From NCBI GenBank assembly GCA_011364925.1, contig RDOA01000025.1, positions 1-49,261 on the forward strand: 49,261 bases of DNA. Direction: 5' to 3'. This document shows, piece after piece, positions 10,065 to 18,898 of the stretch; the stretch's first letter is position 1; every line of letters starts with the position of its first letter. The notes under the pieces are model-generated. The model made no database searches. It was given only the letters and a program-made list of their open reading frames with translations, and was not told where the DNA came from. Source of the DNA: Promethearchaeota archaeon (GTDB lineage Archaea; Asgardarchaeota; Lokiarchaeia; Sigyniarchaeales; SOKP01). The position numbers and the translations under genes were made by a program.

Positions 10065-10412
10065 ATGAAAATTGGTTCAATTGTAATCCGCTGTTACGAA
10101 TTTGATAAAATGATGGCTTTCTGGCAAGAAGCACTCCATTATACACCTCGAGAACCGGCAGAGGGTGGTTGGGTAGTGCTTCGTGATCCTAAAGGGAGAG
10201 GACCAAATATATCTTTGGATAAAGTTCCAGAAAAGCGTTCAGGGAAAAGGAGTAGATTACACCTTGACCTATACACAAATGATAGAGATGGTGAAGTAGA
10301 ACGACTGGTCAAGCTCGGAGCAACTCGATATCCTTGGAGATATCCTCCGGATCATGATTATATCGTTCTAGCAGATCCCGATGACAATCTCTTCTGCGTG
10401 GTTCAGATTTAA
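10065..10412 (+). CDS. VOC/glyoxalase-like protein
   Basis: AFWQEAL, RLHLDL, VERLVKLGA, LADPDDNLFCV. Confidence 0.9.
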   Translation: MKIGSIVIRCYEFDKMMAFWQEALHYTPREPAEGGWVVLRDPKGRGPNISLDKVPEKRSGKRSRLHLDLYTNDRDGEVERLVKLGATRYPWRYPPDHDYIVLADPDDNLFCVVQI

Positions 10413-10542
10413 GGCGTAGGAGCTCAATAATTTACAGGTATCTATCAAAACTAGGCGAATAAAGTACAGAAAAAGAGGAATTTGGATGAAAATCCTTAAA
10501 AGCTTTTGGTTCCTAATATTTCCTTTCTAATAATACTCAAAT

Positions 10543-11370
10543 TTAATGAACCTCTAAAGCTGATTTTAAGATTTCTTCAGTTCTTTTCCATAGAGTTTCC
10601 TGAACTTCTTTATTATAGGTGATTTTTGTTGAAGAAGATATCCGGTTGTTTACGAAATACTTTCCGGTAACATCCTTTAATTCAGGAGACGTACCAACGT
10701 AAACTAGCTTTCTTGCTCCTTTAATTACTGGTTCTCCCCCCGCTTGAAAAGCTGCATGTAACAATTTAGTGTTAATTCTACCGGGATGAAGACAGTTTAC
10801 AGTGATACCTTTAGATTGTAATTTTTCTGCAAGTAGATAAGTAAACAAAATTAAAGCCGTTTTTGACTTTGCGTAAGCTTTTACGGCAGTATATCCTTTT
10901 TTCCATTGCAAATTATCGAAATCAAAATGATTAGAATGAACTCGTGACACTACGTTCACAACTCGACTCGGTCTGCCATTTTCTAACAAATCAAGTAATA
11001 AATTAGTGAGATAGAAAGGAGCTAAATAGTTTATAGCAAAAGTTTCTTCTAATCCATACTGGTTAACCGTTCGTTTTTGGCGAATAACTCCGGCATTATT
11101 AATCAACAGATCCAATCTATCGTAATGCTCGTAAAATTTATTGACCATTTCTCTTATTTGAGCAAGCGATCCCAGATCAGCGTACACAAAATTTAACTGG
11201 TTACTCTTTGTTGTTTCCTGAACTTTATTCATAGTTGATACGGCTTTTTCCCGATTTCTTCCGTGGATAATTACTTGATGCCCTAATTTAGCAAGTTCAA
11301 TCGCTGCTTGATATCCTATTCCGTCTGTGGACCCCGTTATCAAAATTAGTTTTTTTTCTGTAATAACCAA
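10543..11370 (-). CDS. short-chain dehydrogenase/reductase, retinol dehydrogenase/WWOX/POR-like subfamily
   Basis: TGSTDGIG, NNAG, FAINYLAPF, YAKSK, LHPG, TGKYF. Confidence 0.9.
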   Translation of the reverse strand: MVITEKKLILITGSTDGIGYQAAIELAKLGHQVIIHGRNREKAVSTMNKVQETTKSNQLNFVYADLGSLAQIREMVNKFYEHYDRLDLLINNAGVIRQKRTVNQYGLEETFAINYLAPFYLTNLLLDLLENGRPSRVVNVVSRVHSNHFDFDNLQWKKGYTAVKAYAKSKTALILFTYLLAEKLQSKGITVNCLHPGRINTKLLHAAFQAGGEPVIKGARKLVYVGTSPELKDVTGKYFVNNRISSSTKITYNKEVQETLWKRTEEILKSALEVH

Positions 11371-11382
11371 TCAACTCTCAAT

Positions 11383-11853
11383 TCAAGTGTTAAGAAATGG
11401 AATAAAATTGTCTAGTGTAACTTTCGCACCTATTTTTGAAGGAATATTAACCGCTTTTTTTACTTCATCATAAGAATATCCCTTATCGTAGAGGTTTTTA
11501 ATGGCAGGAGAAAATATTTTACGATAGAACTCATTTCCTATTTTTTTTATAATCTTATCAAATTCTTTACTCGTTATCCATTTTTCTTCTCCACGCTGTT
11601 TAACAGTTTTACCTTTTTCTCCATTATGTTCTTCTACCTCGTAAATTTGAGGAGAATGTCCAGTTCGTTTTTGATAACCTAAGATCGCAATAAGTGTCCC
11701 GTGAATTTTAGATTCTTCTTCGTCGTGCCCCTTTTCCTCCCAATCAATACGGTGGTATTCCGAAATTATATCCCATTTTCCAACCTTTACACGCTTAATT
11801 TTTTCGAGTTCTGCGTCAGAAAATTCATTTTCACTCATTCTATTTAAAAACAA
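11383..11853 (-). CDS. hypothetical protein
   Basis: 156-aa ORF whose stop lies 12 nt upstream of the SDR start on the same strand. Confidence 0.7.
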   Translation of the reverse strand: MFLNRMSENEFSDAELEKIKRVKVGKWDIISEYHRIDWEEKGHDEEESKIHGTLIAILGYQKRTGHSPQIYEVEEHNGEKGKTVKQRGEEKWITSKEFDKIIKKIGNEFYRKIFSPAIKNLYDKGYSYDEVKKAVNIPSKIGAKVTLDNFIPFLNT

Positions 11854-11951
11854 TAATCTCTCTCAAAATAAGCATTTTGATTATAATTTAAAAAGTTAGA
11901 TGCGTGAAAACCTAAAAGTTAAAAAATTCACCTAAATTTAGAAAATCGATT

Positions 11952-12063
11952 ATGACACATCTCGTTAATAAAAAGTGTGTGCCATGTGAAGGAAGTATCC
12001 ACTTCTATCTGAAGAGAAATAAAAATTATGTCTCAATGAGATAAAAAGATGGAATCTTATAAC
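11952..12063 (+). pseudogene. remnant of pterin-4-alpha-carbinolamine dehydratase (PhhB/PCD) 5' end
   Basis: ATG at 11952 gives MTHLVNKKCVPCEGS; after a frameshift it reads PLLSEEK*KLCLNEIKRWNL. This matches the PCD N-terminal pattern L..KKCVPCEGG.PPL.EEE......W.L. The rest of the gene is absent. Confidence 0.65.
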
Positions 12064-12075
12064 TTATATTCATAT

Positions 12076-12723
12076 CTAATTGATAATTTTTAATTGGTTT
12101 ACCGTTTCAGATCCTTTTACATCGGGATTTTTTCCAAAAATCCAATATTGATATTCTCCTCCTCTTTCTAATATACCCTCGGATATGATGGAGAATCCTG
12201 ATTTTTTTATAAGATTAAGAGTGGTTTTTGGGTTAAAATTGCTCCAAAACATCGGGACTCCAAAAAAATTACTTGTGCCTTCTGATTCTGAAATTCCCGT
12301 ATTAATCATTAGGATGCCACCAGGCTTCAAAATTTTAATAAATTGTTTGAAGATGTCTAAATGTTTATTTTTAGGTACGTGAAAAAGCGCATATACGCTT
12401 ATAATTCCATCGAATGAGTTTTCACTGAATTGTAAATCATTCATATCCATTTTGATGAATTCAGCACTAGGAACATTATCTCGAGCTAAATTTAGCATTT
12501 TACCAGATAAATCGATGCCAGTTACTTTAATCCCTCGTTCTATAAGGAATTTTGCAGTAGGAATCCCAGCACCGCATCCTACATCTAAGATATGAGCGTT
12601 TTCTGGAAGATGAGAAGCAAATTCTTCTAATTCATTATTGAATTTACTTAGATTCCTGTGACTATAATAATCTTCAGCGATTCTATCGTATCCTTGTTCT
12701 ACTAGTCTACTTATAGCATTCAT
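12076..12723 (-). CDS. class I SAM-dependent methyltransferase
   Basis: GYDRIA, ILDVGCGAG, GIDLS, FDGIIS, LKPGG. Confidence 0.92.
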   Translation of the reverse strand: MNAISRLVEQGYDRIAEDYYSHRNLSKFNNELEEFASHLPENAHILDVGCGAGIPTAKFLIERGIKVTGIDLSGKMLNLARDNVPSAEFIKMDMNDLQFSENSFDGIISVYALFHVPKNKHLDIFKQFIKILKPGGILMINTGISESEGTSNFFGVPMFWSNFNPKTTLNLIKKSGFSIISEGILERGGEYQYWIFGKNPDVKGSETVNQLKIIN

Positions 12724-12834
12724 ATGATTAACTATACTAACTAAATCTTAAGAAGGCATGGGTAATTTTTTATTATTAGTCTCACTCTTATCGTTTATAA
12801 AATTAAATCCAATAGAAAGAAGAATTTATATTTT

Positions 12835-13299
12835 TTAACAATGAATATCTTTGATCTGTCCATGATTTTCGATTCTATTATATTTCTTGCTCTTGGATTG
12901 GAAATGTACTATAACCTGAGCGTTTTCAAGCTCTGGCATCGCTTTAATAAGATTCTTATCTCCACATTTAATTGTCTGGAGTACGAGTGGCAAATGATAA
13001 CAAAAGATTTTGTTTCGTAAACCGGTCCAACCAAAACAGAATCCTCCACTAACGTGCATATACAGATGTAGTTCGAATTCACCGTTTTTCTTTTGCCACT
13101 CAGCTAAAACTTCGTCTCTCATGAAACGGGTATATAGACCTGAGATTTGTTCGTAATCGTATTCTGAACCTATCGTAAGGAAAAGATCTCCAGTTGAATC
13201 AGAATGTGTTAATGTGTATTTTCGAGGTAAATCTAACGTGTTTTCAGCTACGGAATCTTTATAAACTACATGCAATTTTTCAGGATTTAGATCGGGCAT
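12835..13299 (-). CDS. STAY-GREEN (SGR) family protein, Mg-dechelatase homolog
   Basis: LNPEKLHV, LPRKYTLTHSDSTGDLFLTIG, MRDEVLAEW, HVSGG, LPLVL...GD, PEL..A.V.VHFQS...YN..E. Confidence 0.92.
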   Translation of the reverse strand: MPDLNPEKLHVVYKDSVAENTLDLPRKYTLTHSDSTGDLFLTIGSEYDYEQISGLYTRFMRDEVLAEWQKKNGEFELHLYMHVSGGFCFGWTGLRNKIFCYHLPLVLQTIKCGDKNLIKAMPELENAQVIVHFQSKSKKYNRIENHGQIKDIHC

Positions 13300-13364
13300 T
13301 TTTATAAATTATTTAGTCCAGAAGAAGTTTAAACCATTTAATTATGAATTATTAAATTATTGAT

Positions 13365-14699
13365 TTAAATTAAATCAATATATTGTTTTATGTTAAATTT
13401 TCGTTTCATTCCATCATAGCTCATATATCTTATTTTCCCAAAGACTTTTCTCTCGCCCCAAGCTCTATCATGAACACCTCCGATAGACCATGCTATTCCA
13501 GCATAGCCATTAGGGTCTCTTCCATCAAGTTCATATTTATCGTTGAGATAAATTGCGTATTCTACAGCCTTTTCAGGAGTCTCTGTCCATTCAAGAATTT
13601 TTTTTGCCCAATACATCCTAAGATAACCATGCATTTTCCCTCGTTTTATCATTTGACGTTGAGCAGTGTTCCATAGATCATCATGAGTTCTAGCTCTCTC
13701 TAATTCCTCCAAAGTATATTTATAGTCTCGTTTATCTTTTAAATGCTGATTCAAAGTCTCTATTGCCCAAGATTGAAAACTGGCAGTCGTATCATAATCA
13801 GGAGAATAAAAGCAGAAGTTATCTGATAATTCTTTACGTACAATTATTTCGTCATAAAACGAACCCTTGAGATTTATAATTCTTTTTGTCTTCGTCGCTT
13901 CTAGAACAACTCTTTGAGAAGAAATTTGTCCAAAATGTAAATATGGAGATAGATCGGAAACAGAATTTAAATTTGGATCGTTTCTTTCCCTAGTATAATT
14001 TCTAAGCTTTTTCTCAACGAATAATTTCAACACACCTCTTGCTTGATCCTCTCCTGGTCTTATCCAATCAAATGTGTATTTTGGATTATCTTCTGAAACG
14101 AAATTTCTTAGTTTTACCCAATTAACTTCGCTAAAGTTTTCTTTCCAAGAGTACGGGTGTTTCTTAATCTCTGGAAATTCAACTAAAAACTCCGCTAATA
14201 ACTTACTTATTTTTGAACGTATAGTATAGGCTGCATACTCTTTTTTATTAGATGCAATCCAACAAGGGACTATATTATGTGTATCTACTTCACTAAATGA
14301 TACGTTTAATTTACTTCTTAACGATTCAATCCAGTTCCTTTTTATTTTTAATGGAGAAAAGTCTGTTATTAACATACCTATTTTGTATTCCTCAATAAAA
14401 TTCGTTAAAACAGTTCTTGGATCTCCCTTTAGTGCCACAAATGTGATATTAAGTTCAATACAATCTTTTTCTATAATTTCTAATCCATCAAGCATAAAAT
14501 CAAAGATTCTTGGTTCCGCACCTAAAAATTCTTGCTGCAAACAAAAAACAACGATAATTGGTTGTTTATGATTTAATGCTAGTTCTTGAGCATAAATTAA
14601 AGCCCAATTATCTCTAATTCTTTGATCTCGACTCATCCAATATAAGATCGGACCACTGATCTTCTTCTCAAGTATTCTTTTGACTCTTCTATAGTCCAT
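13365..14699 (-). CDS. phrB: class II CPD DNA photolyase
   Basis: YWMSRDQRIRDNWAL, LSPYLHFGQIS, ELSDNFC, GKMHGYLRMYWAKKILEW, DGRDPNGYAG, HDRAW, GKIRYM; SD AGGGGA. Confidence 0.96.
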   Translation of the reverse strand: MDYRRVKRILEKKISGPILYWMSRDQRIRDNWALIYAQELALNHKQPIIVVFCLQQEFLGAEPRIFDFMLDGLEIIEKDCIELNITFVALKGDPRTVLTNFIEEYKIGMLITDFSPLKIKRNWIESLRSKLNVSFSEVDTHNIVPCWIASNKKEYAAYTIRSKISKLLAEFLVEFPEIKKHPYSWKENFSEVNWVKLRNFVSEDNPKYTFDWIRPGEDQARGVLKLFVEKKLRNYTRERNDPNLNSVSDLSPYLHFGQISSQRVVLEATKTKRIINLKGSFYDEIIVRKELSDNFCFYSPDYDTTASFQSWAIETLNQHLKDKRDYKYTLEELERARTHDDLWNTAQRQMIKRGKMHGYLRMYWAKKILEWTETPEKAVEYAIYLNDKYELDGRDPNGYAGIAWSIGGVHDRAWGERKVFGKIRYMSYDGMKRKFNIKQYIDLI

Positions 14700-14723
14700 A
14701 ATAAGAAATCCCCTTACACTTTT

Positions 14724-15425
14724 TTATGCTAATGAAAAATCTACGGCTGCTTGTAAATGAATTTTTAAGGTATCGAAAAGAGGAACACTTAAATCTTCGG
14801 ATTTAATTAATATAGGAAGTTCCGTACATCCTAGAATTATCCCTTCTGCTCCATTCTGTTTTAAATTTTCAATTATTTTTAATATTTCTTTCTTAGTCGC
14901 TTCAATGAATTTCCCTTTTGCAAACTCATTGTAAATTGCGTTATTAATGTAGTCTCTTTCATTTTTAGCGGGAGTTAAAGCGTTAATGTCATAAGTCTTC
15001 ATAAGTTTCTCAATATAAAAACTTCCTTCCATCGTGAATTTTGTCCCTAATAAGCCGACATCTTTAATATTCATAGATTTTATAACCTTTGCAGTCTCAT
15101 CAACTACATTAATGAGTGGGATTGTAATCTCCACCTCAATTTTGGGTGCAATTTTGTGCATAGTGTTAGAGCAGATTACGATCGCTTTACTTCCAGCTAA
15201 TTCAAGTTTTTTACATATTATAATCATTGTTTTCAATAGATCATCCCATCTATTTTGTTCCTGCAAGAGCAGAACTTCCGCAAAATTTACAGAATACAAT
15301 AAGATCTCTGCTGAATACCACTCACCGAGCCTATCTTTAACCATTTCGTTAATAATTCTATAATAATCGATTGTATTCTCCCAGCTCATGCCCCCAATTA
15401 AGCCTAACAACTTCAAAGTCATCAA
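14724..15425 (-). CDS. aspartate/glutamate racemase family (RacX/YgeA-like)
   Basis: GLIGGMSWE, ICSNTMH, GLLGTKFTM, ILGCTEL. Confidence 0.93.
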   Translation of the reverse strand: MMTLKLLGLIGGMSWENTIDYYRIINEMVKDRLGEWYSAEILLYSVNFAEVLLLQEQNRWDDLLKTMIIICKKLELAGSKAIVICSNTMHKIAPKIEVEITIPLINVVDETAKVIKSMNIKDVGLLGTKFTMEGSFYIEKLMKTYDINALTPAKNERDYINNAIYNEFAKGKFIEATKKEILKIIENLKQNGAEGIILGCTELPILIKSEDLSVPLFDTLKIHLQAAVDFSLA

Positions 15426-15440
15426 TCCTATATTTCAATC

Positions 15441-15457
15441 AAAATAAAAAAAAAAAA
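15441..15457 (-). terminator. poly-T tract, archaeal terminator-like, after heliorhodopsin
   Basis: T12-A-T4 on the minus strand immediately after the HeR stop. Confidence 0.45.
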
Positions 15458-15458
15458 T

Positions 15459-16271
15459 TTACGCTGGTTGTAATACTCCAGCGAAGACTAACCATGCTAA
15501 AAGAGTTTTAGACCACAAACTAAGTAGAATGTATCCACGCTCTCCGTACAAGTAATCCTTCCACTTTCCTATTTTTTTATACTGTAAAATCATGTTAATA
15601 GGAAACGTATTGAAGAAAAATATATACGATCCAAAGATAGCCCAAACAAACCATGGAATTTCAGAAACATCTCCATTCCCAAAGAGATATAAAAGAATGA
15701 TTACCCAAGGAATAACTCCAGCAAACACTCCAATGTAAAACGCTGTCCACTTCGTTTTCTCAGTTGTTTGGTTGTGAATTTCCATCATCAAACCTAGAAG
15801 ATTCATTACCGTATTGATACAAAATATCAAAATCATACTTGAAAGGTCATAGACTCCAAAAAACCACGCAATCAAAACTATCATTAAGGATGAACTTAAA
15901 GCGTATTCAAACCACCGAAAGTAATTGATCCTTTCTCCCAGTTTTCTATTATAGAAATTGTTCACTTTAGGTAATACGATTAAAAAATGAGCAATAGCTG
16001 AGAGTAATAAGAACATCGCAACTAAAGGACCTATAGGGACTGTTGTTAATTGTTGGTAATCTGGCATGAGACTTGGAGGTATTACCGCATCATTGTAATA
16101 GAGATAAGATGTAGTGATCGGTAACTTAAAATCTCTTATTTCAGGAATTGTATAAGATAAAATCACCATTATGCTCGCTTGTATCAAGTGTAGAAATCCC
16201 ATAATCAGGTTAAAACGTCTTAAATACGAAAAACTGATTTTTGAATCAATTTTTTCATTCATATTTTTCAC
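15459..16271 (-). CDS. heR: heliorhodopsin
   Basis: LRRFNLIMGFLHLIQ, AHF, INYFRWFEYALSSSLM, FPINMILQY...GKW.DYLYGE..YILLSLWSKTLLAW (SxxxK retinal lysine). Start is GTG 16271 or ATG 16262. Confidence 0.96.
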   Translation of the reverse strand: MKNMNEKIDSKISFSYLRRFNLIMGFLHLIQASIMVILSYTIPEIRDFKLPITTSYLYYNDAVIPPSLMPDYQQLTTVPIGPLVAMFLLLSAIAHFLIVLPKVNNFYNRKLGERINYFRWFEYALSSSLMIVLIAWFFGVYDLSSMILIFCINTVMNLLGLMMEIHNQTTEKTKWTAFYIGVFAGVIPWVIILLYLFGNGDVSEIPWFVWAIFGSYIFFFNTFPINMILQYKKIGKWKDYLYGERGYILLSLWSKTLLAWLVFAGVLQPA

Positions 16272-16448
16272 TTTTATGCAAAATTTTTTTTAGGTTTTGT
16301 AATGATTATTCAAAATAAAAATATTTTTAATATAATTTATAAAATACTTAAAGCAAAATTTAAAGATATAAAGTATTCTAGTGAGGATCGATGCGGATTT
16401 GAATTTTATCCCTCTCTTTGAGATTATAAAACTAATTCATATTCATAT

Positions 16449-17366
16449 CTAACTGTTAGTTTTAAATTGATTTATTATTTCAGATAGTTTTACATCGGGA
16501 TGGTGATATTTTTTATTATACGCTACGATCTCCCCATAAACTGCATCATTAGGACACCACACATAACACGCATAGCATGTTTCACAGCGATGCTGCCATA
16601 CAGGGCTATTATTTACCATTTTGATGTTTCCCACCGGGCATAATTTTGAGCAAATTCCACATCCATTGCATTTTTCGTTGACAGAAAAACTTTTATCTGC
16701 AAGATGGATAAGATCTTCAAAATCAAATAGGGTTTTGCCTTCAGAATTCTGCTTAGATACTTCAGCAAGGTTTTTATATCGAGAACGGAATGTGAACTTG
16801 GATAGACTAACAAGAGGCTTAAAAGGTGATCGTGTTGTCTCAAATATTCCTTCTTCGCGATTTTTTATACTTTTTATTATGATCTTAAGTTTTTTCTCCC
16901 ACGCATCGTAGAGTTCTTTTTGCTTATTGGAATCCTTTAGGACTTCTTCTCCAGAGTTAATCTCCCTACGAAAAAGCGCTCTCTTCATTTTTAATCCCGG
17001 GGAATATGGAACCGACAGTTGTATCGCAAACCCTGATGCTAATTTTATACCCTTTTGCTCTAGTAAAAGCTGTAATTGTTCAATTGTTTTCCTTGGACCA
17101 CCTGCGTGAGTACACACTGCAAACAAGTATGTAGAATAAGGGATTTTTAGCTTCTTCACAAACCTTTTAAGTATAAGTGGAATACCTCCAAAATCTGCGT
17201 AAAAAACGGGGAATATAATTCCGACAATATCTGCTGTAGTCGTTATGGTCTCTTTTTCGATAGTTGAAGATATCGAAATTAGTTCCCCATCCAAAATCCT
17301 TGCGATATCTTTTGCAACAACTAACGAATTTCCTGTTCCAGTGAAATAATAAATTTCTGAATTCAT
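16449..17366 (-). CDS. EFR1-type flavodoxin/4Fe-4S ferredoxin fusion
   Basis: YYFTGTGNS N-terminus; CNGCGICSKLCP and CETCYACYVWCP; YHHP. Confidence 0.9.
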   Translation of the reverse strand: MNSEIYYFTGTGNSLVVAKDIARILDGELISISSTIEKETITTTADIVGIIFPVFYADFGGIPLILKRFVKKLKIPYSTYLFAVCTHAGGPRKTIEQLQLLLEQKGIKLASGFAIQLSVPYSPGLKMKRALFRREINSGEEVLKDSNKQKELYDAWEKKLKIIIKSIKNREEGIFETTRSPFKPLVSLSKFTFRSRYKNLAEVSKQNSEGKTLFDFEDLIHLADKSFSVNEKCNGCGICSKLCPVGNIKMVNNSPVWQHRCETCYACYVWCPNDAVYGEIVAYNKKYHHPDVKLSEIINQFKTNS

Positions 17367-17531
17367 TCACTCATTTTCTAAATTTTTAAGTACAAAAGTC
17401 TTCGGTTACTTTTTAATTATTTTAAATAAAGTAATAACATTAGCGGATTATATTATCTTTCGTAAATATTCAATTTTTGCTCGATTATTGGTTTACGAAT
17501 TCTTTAAAATCCAATAAACTATTATTTTACT

Positions 17532-18155
17532 ATGCTATCAAAGGAAGATATAATAATTTTAGACAAAACTCAAATTAAAGCTGCAGGGGAAGTTTTGGGT
17601 CGTGCTTTAAAAGATGATCCTGTTACTATTTGGGATATTCCCGATAAAGAGAAAAGACATGCAGTGATAAAACATGTGTTCCAATTAACAAGTTGTTGGG
17701 GTGTGAAATTCGGCGAAACAGATGCGACATCTGAAAATTTAGAAGGTATTGCTGTATGGCTTCCTTACATCAACAAAGAATTTAAGGCAATAAATAACTT
17801 TGGATGCGTAATTAAATCTAAAATGTATAAATTGGGAAGACAAGCTTCCAAGAGGATAATACCTATCGAAGACCATAACGCAAAAATACATCGGAAATTT
17901 GCTCCTGCTGATCACTGGTACCTTCAAACGCTTGGCGTGGATCCCATTTATCAAGGAAAGGGATACGGAAGTTTGTTGATGGAATACATGCTTGAGAAAA
18001 TTGATACTTCTAAACCTCTACCTATCTTTCTCGAGACTTCTACCGAGATAAATGTGAAATTCTATAAAAGGTTCGGATTTGAGGTAGTTAGTGAAGGAAT
18101 TATCCCAGATACGGATGTTGAGCAGTGGCATCTCCTCCGAGGTGCTAAACATTAG
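17532..18155 (+). CDS. GNAT N-acetyltransferase
   Basis: HWYLQTLGVDPIYQGKGYGS, FLETS...NVKFYKRFGF. Confidence 0.92.
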   Translation: MLSKEDIIILDKTQIKAAGEVLGRALKDDPVTIWDIPDKEKRHAVIKHVFQLTSCWGVKFGETDATSENLEGIAVWLPYINKEFKAINNFGCVIKSKMYKLGRQASKRIIPIEDHNAKIHRKFAPADHWYLQTLGVDPIYQGKGYGSLLMEYMLEKIDTSKPLPIFLETSTEINVKFYKRFGFEVVSEGIIPDTDVEQWHLLRGAKH

Positions 18156-18259
18156 GAGTGAATTTTTATAAGCTTTAAGGATTGAAACATAACAAAATAT
18201 AATCCTTAATTTTATTACTCTATTTTTTTCTCTACCTAAATAGTAAGAGGTGGAATTAT

Positions 18260-18874
18260 TTGGCTAGAATTAATGATGCTAATCAAGCAGAACCCAACTA
18301 TTTTTCGAGACTTTATAAATCCAACCCACCCTGGGATATTGGACACCCACAAAAAGCGTTTCAGCGATTATCTGAAGAGCTTAAAGTAAATGGAAGGATG
18401 CTGGATGTGGGTTGCGGTACGGGAGAAAATGCCTTGATGTTTGCCAAACTTGGATTTGATGTAGTCGGTATTGATTACGTTAAGTACGCCATCAATGATG
18501 CTATAGATAAAGCTAAGAAACAAGGGATTAATGCAGAATTTTATGTAATGAACGCTTTAGAACTCACAAACTTAGAACAAAAGTTTGATATTGTTATTGA
18601 TTCGGGATTATTTCATACATTTAGCAATTCTGAGAGGATCTTATTCAGAACAAGTCTTTCTAATGTTTTATCTATCAAGGGAACATACTATATGCTTTGC
18701 TTTAGCAATATTGAACCCCCTGGGTTTGGTCCAAGAAGAATTCGCAAGGAGGAAATATATGAGACTTTCACCGATAATTGGAATGTAATTTCAATTAAAC
18801 CTGAAATTTTCGAATCAACTTTTGGAGATGCACATTCTTGGTTGGCTAAAATACAATACCTTGGTAAAAGTTAA
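18260..18874 (+). CDS. class I SAM-dependent methyltransferase (TPMT/TehB-like)
   Basis: PPWDIGHPQ, LDVGCGTG, DSGLFH; SD GAGGTG. Confidence 0.9.
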   Translation: MARINDANQAEPNYFSRLYKSNPPWDIGHPQKAFQRLSEELKVNGRMLDVGCGTGENALMFAKLGFDVVGIDYVKYAINDAIDKAKKQGINAEFYVMNALELTNLEQKFDIVIDSGLFHTFSNSERILFRTSLSNVLSIKGTYYMLCFSNIEPPGFGPRRIRKEEIYETFTDNWNVISIKPEIFESTFGDAHSWLAKIQYLGKS

Positions 18875-18898
18875 ATTAAAACTAAAATTCGAAGGTTT

